Below are positions 19,301 through 31,300 of a DNA stretch of 64,000 bases, piece after piece. This DNA is from a virus. A model generated the notes under the pieces. It had not been told where the DNA came from. It was given only the letters and a program-made list of their open reading frames with translations, and did not search any database. Position numbers and translations under genes: made by a program. Numbering within the stretch: the stretch's first letter is position 1; each line of letters begins with the position of its first letter. The DNA is taken from IMG/VR virus record IMGVR_UViG_3300045922_000122, positions 21,622 through 85,621 of that record; one strand, given 5' to 3'.

Positions 19301-22300
19301 ATTAGAATTTGCATCATTTTCGTTATCAGCGATAAAAAATTTAACTCCTTGAGATAATGCTAAATCAATAGCTTTTTTAGTTTTTTCTAAATTTTCAGCT
19401 TGATTAGGTCTACCTTTACCATTTACAGAAATCATTATAGTTTCACCAGCTTTAAATGAAGTTCTAGTACCACCAAAAGCATTGGCATATTTATATGTAC
19501 TTGTACCTGGTTCTCCATAAGCTATAATACCATCTGCATAATCAGCTTTTATTTGGTCTTTTGGAAATTTAGCATTAATATTTATAGGATTTGATTTTTT
19601 AATTGGTAAATTAGTAAATTGTTTATTAGAATAAATCTCAGAAGCTGTTTGTCTTTGTCTATTGGGTTCACTTAACAAATTTTGATTATTACCTACTTCA
19701 TTAATTGTATTAGTAGAATTAATACTACCAGAATTTAAATTATTAATATCAGTAGTCCATATTTTACCTTTTATATTAGCTATAACAGGTAAAGGTATTT
19801 CTTGATAAATATAAAATCTACCAGAGCCATCTAATCCAATTCTTTCATAAAGTCTGTAAATATCATTATTGTCTGTTGTTTTTATAAAAGGAGCTGCTTT
19901 ATAATCATTTACTCTTAATATTAATTTAGAAGCTTTACTATAACTAACATAAGGAACTATATCTGAATTTCTCCAGTTGTTTATGTAAAAATTTCTTCTG
20001 AATATATTAAAAGTATTAATATGTGCATTAATATCTATTTTATCTAATATAGTTTTAACTACCTTTCTAGAAATTACTGCTGGAAGTATTTGATTTATAC
20101 TAAATTGCGTAAAGTTATAACCAGATTGAAGCATAGAAAACTTAATTAAATCTGTTGCTAAGCTTAAATCTTTACCTCCTCTATTAAACATATCTTCTAT
20201 AGCAGAAGCTATTTCTTGCATAACATAAGCATTAAAGTTTCTATTAGATAGTCTTATATTATCTATACCATCTCCATCTGGATTTATCATAGGTATTAAA
20301 TAATCAAGTCTACTATCTTTAACTTCTTCTTGATATTTTTTAAGTCTTTTAGGTAAACTTTCATCTCCTTTAAATAAAGATTGCCAATTAGCAAATTTTT
20401 CTCCAGATGTTAATATAGATATTTTAAAATCATTCTTTAAAAGTTTAGATACTTTATTTCTATTTTTAGATTTAAAAACTCTTTCTAAAAGTTCTTCTCT
20501 AAAAGAATCTAGACTATAAACAACTTCATCAAATTGTTCTGTAAAAATAAGGTCTTTAAATGTAAATAAAGAAGCATTATATACTTTTTTAAACGAATCT
20601 AAAAATGTAAATTGTAAATATCTATCTAGATTTTTAAAATTACCACTAGTTAAAATTTCTCTATTTGTTTTTAATAAATCTTTTACAGCATCTGTACTTC
20701 CTAACCCTCTAGTATCAAAAGAAAATGCACTTCGCATTTGACTTATTTTAAAAGCAACTTTTTTATAGGTTAAGAAGTCTTCTAATATATTTTGTTGTAC
20801 TTGTCTATTAAATTGTTGTAATTGCTCTAATGTAAGTTTATTGTATTTATAATCACCATATTTAGTTTTTAATTGTTCTAGTTCATCTTCTTTAGTAGAA
20901 ATCATAGTAGATATTGATTTATGTCTACTTATTATTTCTACATATTCTCTTATTATAGGTTGGCTTATAAAGTATAATGCTGTTTGAGAAGGTAATCCTG
21001 CTGAAACTAAGAATAGAAAAACATCTGCTGTTTCAGCATTTAGATTAAACCTTTCCATAACTTCTGGGTTCTTTACAACGTCTACTGCTAAAGAAACACC
21101 TTGTCCTAATACATTAGATATTTTTTCATTAGTAGGATTACCATTTTCATCTACTGTATATATATTACCTAGACTGTAATATCCATTTGAGTCTTTTTCT
21201 ATTCCTTTAAAATTTATAGAAAAGTTTAAAACTTCATCATCAAGTTTAAGATTACTATTTATTCTAATATCAGCTATTTGAAATAAAGGATGACTTTTGT
21301 TAGCTAAAGCAAATATACCAACTAATCCTTTACCATACCAAAACATATTTCTAAGAGTAGAAATTGTTTTGAAATTAAGTAAATCTGTAAAGCTATAATT
21401 ATTAATAACTCTATCAGGATAAAACTCTTGTAATTTCTTTTCTATAACTAAAGATAAATCTTTATATTTACTAATACTGTTAGGTTCAAGTTTATCTTTA
21501 GGACTTCTACTTTCTAATAAAGCTATTGTATATTCCAGTATTTTATTTTGCAAAGCTTTTTCTCTAAGTTCTGGATTATTTAGATTTTCTTCATTAGGTT
21601 CTACATAAATATATTCATATTTTTTAAGATTTTTATTTTCTTCATTTTTTCGTCTATTAAAATTAATTAAAGCTAATTTAAGATTAGATATAGCTGTTTT
21701 AGTATCTTCACTATATGATTTATATGCTTTAGATTCTTTAAGTTTACCTAATTCACCTTTATCACTTTTTAAACTATATGAATTTAAAGCTTGTAATAAT
21801 TCTGTAAAGGTATAATTACTAGATTTTAATAAATTTTTTATAGCAATTCTATCATCTTCATCTGTATAATTAAAATACTCATAACTATTTTCAAAATCTT
21901 CTAAATCTATTTTATCTACTTTTTTTCTTATAAAATTAGGAAAATAAATATTAATTTTATCAAAGTCAAAGTCAGAACCTACTTTTTTAGTAATACCGCT
22001 AGGAACAATACAAGTATTACCGTAAGACTTAGGTAAAAATCCTTTAACAACTATACTTTCTAAAGAGTTAAGTTGCTCTGTAGGAATACGAAAGCCATAC
22101 ATTTTTAAATTATTAGGGTCTATCTTATTTATAGTTTGACCTTCAGAAAGAATGTTACCAAAATAATAAGGTAAATATATTTCCATAGTTTTACCATTTT
22201 CATAAAACTTTAATCCATTAGATTTATATTTACCATTAATTCTTTCTCTTACTTTTAATTCTGTTCCTGTATCTGGAAATTGAACTAAAGATTTACCAAA

Positions 22301-25300
22301 TCTTTTTTGATTAACTGCTTTATTTTCAAATATAGAATATAGAATTGGTTCTAATTTGTTATAATTAACTAATAAATCTAAATATACAGGTTTTCCTTTT
22401 TCAAGACCTTCTAATTCCAATATAAGAGCTTCTATTTGATTATCAGGTATTTCTCCTCTTGAATTAATTTCTTCTATTAATAATTTCTTTAAAGCTTCTC
22501 CACCATCAGAAAATACAGCTCTACCATTTTCATATTTTAAATTTAATTCTTGTTTTACTTTATCTAAATAATAATCTGTTAAATCAGATTGTGCTTTAAA
22601 TAAATCTCTTACAGCTTCTTCTATAGTTAGAACTTTATTTTTAATAGTAATAGTACCTTTTTTAAATGTTCCTTTGTCTGCTAAATCTGTAGCAATGATA
22701 GCAGCTTCTTGCGTACCTCTAGAAGTTTCTTTTGCATCTTTAGGAGAATTTTCTACTTGTATTCCTATACTTTCTATTGGTATTTCTGTAACAAGTTCAT
22801 TGTCTATATCTGCTATTTCTCCAGATTCATTATAAAGAGGTTGACCTTGATATTTACCTTTTTCTCCTTTTTTTAATTTAAACCCTATTTTATTTCCACT
22901 TCTAAATACACCAATATCAATTTGGTTATTCCTCATTTTTTCCAATAGAGAGTAAAGAGCAGGGAAAGCTTCTGAATCCTCTTTAATAGCTTTTATTAAA
23001 GTAGGACTTAATCTAAGTAAAGCAAATTTAACATAAAAAGGTTTTAATTCTTCTTCACTAGAATTTCCATATATAACAGGTTTAATACTAGGTAATATAG
23101 AATTAGCTTCTTCTCCTTTACTTTCTAATTCCCAAGCTTTATTCATTTCTTCAGACCAACTATCTGACCTGAATAATAAATCTCTATATAAATCATCTAA
23201 TATAATACCGAAAGAATCAGTTTCATCTATTTCATCGTAACCTTTTACACCTAAAATACTTAATTCTTCTTTTACTGAAACTATGTCTTCAAATGTAACT
23301 ACTTTTACTTTTAATCTGTCTTCTCCTGTTTTACCATCTACTCTAGGCATATAAGTATCCATATATTCATTTATAACAGGAGTATTAATAACTTGTTTAG
23401 TAGTAGCAACAGCACCTGCATACCTTTTAAACATATCTATAAAACTAGCTGTTAAATCTGGTATATTACCTTTATATTTAGTAATATAATAAGCAGGATT
23501 TCCAAAGAGTACTTTTGTTTGTTCTATTGCACTTATAATATAATTAGTAGTAAAAGCAGTAACTACTTTTTCTATTTGTTCTTCTGTTAATTCTTTTTCT
23601 TTACCTTCTTTTATATTTAATACCTCTCTTAAAATTTCTTTACTTACATTAATTTTATTAGATTTAATTATTCCATTATTTTTAAATAAGTTATAATTAG
23701 ATGTAATTTGAAATTCTACATAATCTTTTATCTTATTTTTTACAACTTCTTCACTATCAATTATATTTATAGTATTACCATTTTTATCTCTAATATTTTT
23801 AAATATAACTAAATCGTTTAAAAATTGTTCTCCATTTACTATAATTTTATCTTTATTTTTCTTTTGTTTTATAATTTCTAATTCAGTTAAATAATATTTA
23901 TATAACTGGTCTACAGTTTGCTTTACCATATCAAACTTACTATAACCAGATATATTTATAAAAAAGTTATCTAAACTAAATGTTCTAAAACTTTTCTTAT
24001 CTCCTGTAATTAAAAAGCTAAAGTTTTTAGATAGTATATTATTAAGTTCTACAATTAGAAAATCTTTAAAACTTAATTGTGAAACATCTTGACCTGTTTC
24101 AGCAGCTTTACTCATACCATTAGTAATACCTACTCTTATGGCATTTTTCTTTTTTGAAATTCTTTCTAATATTATACTATCTCTAGCGTATATATTAGTA
24201 TTTTTATTTAAAAAGTTAGGTATTATCCCTGAAGAAAGTTTATATACTAATCTAGATATGTAATTATGTAGAGTAATAGAATAAATCATTTCTCCTTTTG
24301 AAGTAACAGCTACGTTTTCTACAACATCTTCATTAAAAGAAGATTCTAATTCTACTAATCTCTTTAATCTACTTAAAGAAGTATTAGTATAGAAATCTTT
24401 ACTTCCTAATTTATCTAAAGTTATCTTTTCTGATTTTAAATCGTTTATTAATAGAGTTATACTTTTTAAATCTTCTATTCCATTTTCAGAATTTAAATAA
24501 TTTTTAACAGCTTCTTTATTTTCAAATTTTATACCTAGTTTTTCTAGAAAATCTAATTGTTGAGTTGTAGTAGAAGCTAAATATTCTTTTCCTTTTTTAG
24601 TTAATCTTATTGTTCCATTTTCTCTATAAACTAAATCATTATTTATAGTTAATAGATTATTTAACCACTTTCTTAAAGTAATATCTTGAGTTTTAGTGGT
24701 ATTTGTATTAACTCTATTTACAGTACCGTCTCTATTTACTATTAAATTTTCAAAGTTTTCTTTATGTTTAGAAAAAGAATTGTAAAAAGAAACTATAAAT
24801 TGTGCACTATAATAATCTCCATTTTTAGCTCTATCTTCTAATAAATTTAATAGATTATAAAGTTTTCTAAAGCCTGTATCTTTACTATTTAAAAGCCTAC
24901 CTTTAATTTCTTCATAACTAATAGAATTAGCTAATTTATTCATTAGCTTATTTATAAATTTATCATATTCATAAGTATCAGCAAAAGAAGCTAAAACTAA
25001 TCTTAAAGGAGTTTTTATTTTAGATTTTTGATTTATTAAATACGCTTCTTTATAACTTTCATTAGATACTTCTTTACTAATAACCTCATCTTTACCTAAA
25101 GATAAATCTGATTCTTCTTCTGAAATGTCATCTTCTTCTATATCTTCCTCACTTGGTTGTGTATAACCTAAAGCTTTTATAAAATCTTTATGAATAACTA
25201 CTGCTTGTTGTAATATTTCTTTCTTTCTTTCATAAGGAAGTTCTTCAAATTTTTGTGTTAACCCATCTTCTTCTAACATTTCTTTAAATGAAGCGTTATA

Positions 25301-28300
25301 TATAGGTCTTATTATTTCCTTAAAATCATCAGAATTAAAAAGATAAAGAATTTTTATATCATTAGCTAATAATTTAGATATTACTTTATTATGTATTCTT
25401 TTAGCTACAGCAGCATTATTAATATTTCTAACAGAATCTAATTTAGAAAACATTAAATTTTCTCTTACTTTTTTAGCATTTTTAAATTCTCCTCTTTCTA
25501 TTCTTGCATAAAAATCTTCTATTTTTTTATTAGTATTTAAAGAAAAAGCAGCTTTTATTAAATTTAATATTTTTCTAAATAGACTTTCTTGTTTTTTAGA
25601 CTTAGCTTTTTTGTTCAGCATATAAATAGCAAACCCTTCAGCTAGTCCTTCTTCTGCTTCTTTATCAGTAGCATCAGGTTTATTATTTATTAATCTCCAT
25701 TCATCCCATAATTCTTTTTGTTCTTCTTTAGATATTAATAAATTTGATACATAGTGAAACGCTTCGTGGTATTCTGTTCCTTGTTCTCCCATCGTAGATA
25801 GAAGTATTTTACCATTACTTAAAATTCTACCACTAGCTATACCTTCAATAAGATTATCTACTCTTTCATAAGATTCTCTATCTGTTATATCTATACCTAA
25901 AGTTTCAACCAACCAATTTTCAGCTTCTTCTATATTTATAGTATCTAAAATACCTGTATAAATTCTAAAAGCAGAATTGATAGCATCATCAATAGCTTTA
26001 TCAATATCAGAAAAATTATTAGAATTAGTTTTAGGCTTAGCTTCAGGATTTATATTAGGGTCATTTAAATCAACTTTAGGAGCTTCTCCAAAAAACCCTT
26101 CTAAACTTGCTTCATTTTTTATATTAGATTCTTGAGCTTTTTTCTCTAAATTTTGTTCAAATTCTTTAGTAATTTTAAAACTATATTTAGGTTTTCCTAA
26201 AATAGGTAAAATATTATCTTCTATTTCTTTAATAATTTGTTCTACAGATTTGGTTTCCATATTATTTCCACCAAAATCTAAATTTATCTTATTTTCAAAT
26301 TCATCTACTTCAGGAATCCTTTCTTTAGTTTCTATTTTAAATTTTCTATTTTTAACATCTACTATAACATTAAAATTATTATCTTCTCTAATTGCAGTTA
26401 TTTTAGTAACTTTAGATTTATTATCTTCTGTTTGAGGAATAGTATTATTTATGGTTTCTTTACTTTCTCCCGATAAGGTAGAATCAGGAGAAAGTGGATT
26501 AGGTTCAAATGTAGCATACCCTTGTTGAAATCTTCTAACTTTATCGTTTATAATATCATCTTCAGTAGCATCTTGCTTAATCCTTAAAAATGTAGTCAAT
26601 GGAATATCTTCTATTTGCCTAGTAGTACCATTAGGCATTAATGGAGAAGTTAAATAATGTTTATAACTATCCCATTCTGTTTCTTCAAAACTATAACCAT
26701 TCCATAAAACTGATTTATACTTAGGTAAGTTTTCTTCTTTATTTTTATTATTAAGTAGAGCTAAAATTCTATTATTTACATTTAGTACTTTTTTCTGTAA
26801 AGTTTCAATTATTTCATCTTTATTTTCTTCTAAAGTATCTAAAGTTATAACTTTATTTTGTAATACTAAAACATCTTCTTTTATATCAAAAGGAATTACA
26901 GAATTTTCAGATAAATAAACTATATTTTCTATATAAGTAATTAAATTTTTATAACTTAAATTTAAACTTTCAGTTGTCTTTGCCTCTTTTGCTTTTTCAC
27001 TAGCTGTATTAGGTAAAGTACTTCTATAGTTTTGTAAGTAAGCTTTAACTAATTGATATACAGTTTCTGCTTCTTGTCTATTTATTTTTCTAGTAATAGC
27101 AGGTATCCAAGTATTTCCAAGTTTAAATAACACTCTACCAGCAGGATATACTATTCTTCTTTCGCCAGCAGTTATAGTTCTATTTGTTTTACCTTTTTCA
27201 GATTTCTCTCCTATAGATACTAATATATTTAACTTATCAGCTATATCACTTTCTTTTTCTACAATAGTACCTACTACAGAATTTTTAGTTTTATTACTTA
27301 TAGGTTTACCAGGATTAAAAGATGTTATATTAAAAAAGAAGTTCTTATTACTATTCTTTTTAATAATATCTCTAATTTGTTTATGTACTTCTAGAGCATT
27401 ACTTAATATTTCAGCTTTAGTTTCTTTGCTAAGGTCTTTGTTAAAAAAGCTATATCTAGGAGAATTAGTATCTTTAAAATTTAAAGATAAATCTCTAAGT
27501 TTAGCATATACAACACCTCCATAAGCTATAACTGGTTTGTTTTCAGAATCTACTAAAACAAGTCTTATATCATCTTCATTATGATTTACTCCTTCTATTT
27601 TAGGGTCATTATAAACAGAATTAGGCTTTCCTAAACCATAAACTTCATCGTTTATAGTAACAGACATGAATTTATAGTTTTTAGGGTCTTCATTTATTCC
27701 TATATTCTCTAACCATCTAAAAAATCTACGTTCTTCTATAACTGGATTAGAACTTTCACCAGGTTTACCATAATCACCTCTTTCACTATCTCTACCTGTA
27801 GAAACAGCCCAACCGTATAAATCTACATAAGTAGCTTGATATAAGTATGAATCATTTTCTAAATCCTCGTCTAATTCATTATCTAAAGTCTCTATAACTC
27901 CTTTATTGGCAACACTAAATTTCTTTTGTACTTCTTTTTCAGTTTTAGCTTTTTCTTCTACTAAATTTTTATATTCTTTTTTCAAAGAATCTGCTTGTAC
28001 TTTAAAGCTAGATAAACTAGACAATTTCTTTAAAAGAGAGTTATAATAACCTAACTTACTTTTTTCTTCAAGTATAGCAACTTTTCTTCCTTCTAAAAAG
28101 TTTATCTTACCAAAATAATCATAACTTAATTCAAATAAAGCTTCTATATCTTTTTCTAAATCTTTATCTAATATTTTATTACTTGTAAAATAAGCATGAA
28201 GTCCATCTATAGTTTTTTCAGGTAATAGTCCTTCAGGTATTCTTTTAATAATATCAGATAATAAAGAGTTAAATCCTTTCTTTAAATCAGTAGTTTGACT

Positions 28301-31300
28301 ATTTATAGATTCTAGTTCAATATTTAATTTATCTATAATAGTTTTAATGTCTTCTTCATATTTACTTAAATCTTCTTTTACTTTGTCAAACTTATTTAAA
28401 GTTTCTTCATATAATTTTATTTTATCTTTTATTTTCTTTAAGTATTCAGGATTATCTACATTTTTACCAGTAGGAGCTGCTTTTTTAAATTCATTATATG
28501 AAGCTTTAACTTCTTCTAATTCTTTATTTAAAACTTGTAATGCTTCATAAACATTAGAATTTTCTTGTTGAATTAAATTAAGTCTTTCTTGTTTAATTGA
28601 TTTTAAATTTTCTAATTGTCTTAAAATTTCAAGTCCTCTTTGAAGTAGTCTGTAAGTTTTATCTTTAGCTTGTTTAGAATTAAATCTATTAGAAGAAGTT
28701 CTTTCAGTATATTCTTTATTAACCTCTTCAAATTCTTTTTGTAAAGTATCTATATTTTCATTAATTGTAGATAGATTTATTTCTTTTAAATTATTAACAG
28801 CATCTTGTTGTTCTGCAATTAAAGATTCTAAAGAAATTATTCTAGCTTGATACTGTCTATTTATTCTATTTATTTCATCTTGACGTTGTAAATATTCTGA
28901 ATTTACATAACTTATAGTATAACGTACTGTTATTTTTTCAGATTTATTTTTATCTGTAGTTTTTTCTGTTTCTTGTGTTTCTTCTGCTTCTTCTAATTCT
29001 TCTGGTGAAGTTGTATAATTTCCTTCTTCTAATCTTTTTTTATATTCTTCTCTATCTTTTTTACTGTAAAAAGATTCTTCGTAAAAAGCTACACCTGTTT
29101 TTTCTAAATTTTCTCTTACTTGTTTTACAAAATTAGCAGCAGATTTTGTTTTTATTCTTTTAAAAGTAGTACCATCTTTTTTTCTATAAGTAAGTTCTAC
29201 AAATATCCAATTGCCCTTACTATCTTTTACCTGTTCATATAAAGTATTAGGGTCTCCTTCTTTGTAAAAAAGTCTTTTTACAGGACCTTTATCAGTACTA
29301 AGAACAATAGCACCAGATAAAAATTTAGAAGATAATTCAGAACTAGCTCTCTTTACTATTGGTGTTTTTAATTCTTTAGCTTCCTTAGTAAGAGCTTCTA
29401 CTTCTGGAAAATAAGTCTTTTCTAAAACATCATCTCCATCAACATAAGTATTTAAATTTTTATATAACTGAGCTACTTCACTATTTACAGCCTTTTTTTC
29501 AGCATCTTTTTCTTTTTTCTTTTCTAGTAAACTTAAAGCTTTTTTCTCTCTTCTGTACTCTTCTAGTTCTTCATTAGTAACCATTTTATAATAAGCTTCT
29601 ACTAATTTAGTTCTAAAATCAGAGAGAGTTAATAAGTCTAATCCTTTTTCTGCTTCTTTTTTACCATTTTCTTTATCTTTTTCTATTAATGCTAAATCTT
29701 CTAGAAAAGCATTTCTACTATCTTTATCTAACATTACTCTAGAAAAATCTTGTAAATCAACAGCACTTCTCCAATCTCTTTCTTGTTCAAATTCAGATTG
29801 TTTTTCTAGTAATAAATCTCCGTACTTATCAATACTTTCTTTTAAAGCATCTCTTAAATCTTCTAAATTAGTATATCTTTTACCTTTAGTAAAAGATATT
29901 AAATCTAATAAATCATTTCCTTCTTTTTGTAGTTCTTCATCTATAAATTCATTATTGCTAAGTTTGTCTAAAACTCTTTTTAGTAAGTTTTCGTATTCAG
30001 CTTTAGCTTTAATTTCTTTTCTAAAATTATATCTAGAGCTTGTTTTTCCTTTAGTAGCTATTTGTTGTAATTCTCTTAATAATTTGTTACCTCTTTCTAA
30101 AACATCTTCTGTTTGTACAACGTTTAAGAATAATGACTTTCTAGTATCTTCTGAATAATTAGAAAATCTATAATTTATACTTTGATATAATTCTTCAAAT
30201 TTATCTATTCTTTCAGATATTTTCTTTAATCTATTTCTCATTTTGCTAACTAGAGCTTCATCACTCAAGTCGTCAAAAGGAGATTTAGTAACTTCAGTTT
30301 CTTTACCGTTAATATTTTCAGTAACAGTATAAGAAAGCATTTTTCTTAATTCAGAAGCAGCTTTTTCTATACCTATTTTAGGTTCTTTTTGTAATTCTTC
30401 TCCTAAAGATAATTTATTTTTAATTTCATTATATCTATTTATTAAATTAGCTATAACTCCATCTTTTTTTATATTAGATAAGTTTCTAGGGCTTTCATCC
30501 AAATTTTCTACATTTTCAGGTAGGTCGCTAAAATCTAAAGATTCTAAGATTTGTATACTCTTTTCTATAAATTCTAATTCTTCTTTATATTTATTAATAG
30601 TTTCAGCACTAGAACTACCTTCTAATATAGAATTTAAATCATTTATTTTTTCTTTTAAAACATCTAATTGACCTATATCAGAAAAAGCAGCTACCATATT
30701 AGCTAGTTGTACTTTTTCTTGAGTTCTTGCTACTGCTTCAAATCCTTTAGCGTATGCCTCATTTTTTGATTTTTGTATTGCAGCATCACTTACCATGTAA
30801 TCGAATAAACTTCTAAATTTATCATTAGTAGCATATTCGTTAGCTTTAGCAATAGCAGCATTTGTAGCTTTTAAGCTTTCATTATATTCTCTTATTCCAT
30901 TAGCAATACCACCACCAATTCCAATTCTTAAATTACCTTTATCATTTCTTTTAATATAAGGCAATCCTAATCCGCCAAATATAAAACCACCGAAAGCATT
31001 TTCCCAACCTTCAGCACTTCCATAAGCTTCTTCAAGTCCTTTAAATATAGAACCTATTATAGTTTTAGTATTTTCTAAAGCCTCTTTATCTGTTCTTAAA
31101 TCAAAGTAATCTTTAGTTCCCTCTGCTGTTGCAAACTGTAATTGTTCTTGTGTCATTTCAGCAAATGGATTTTTACCGCCAGATATTATATATTTAGCTA
31201 TCTTTTCAGCTTTTGACATTTGCTTAGTAGCAAAAGAAAGCCCTTCTTTAGTTGTAGATTTTGTTATTATATCTGTAAGAACTTTGGAATTTAGTTTTAC

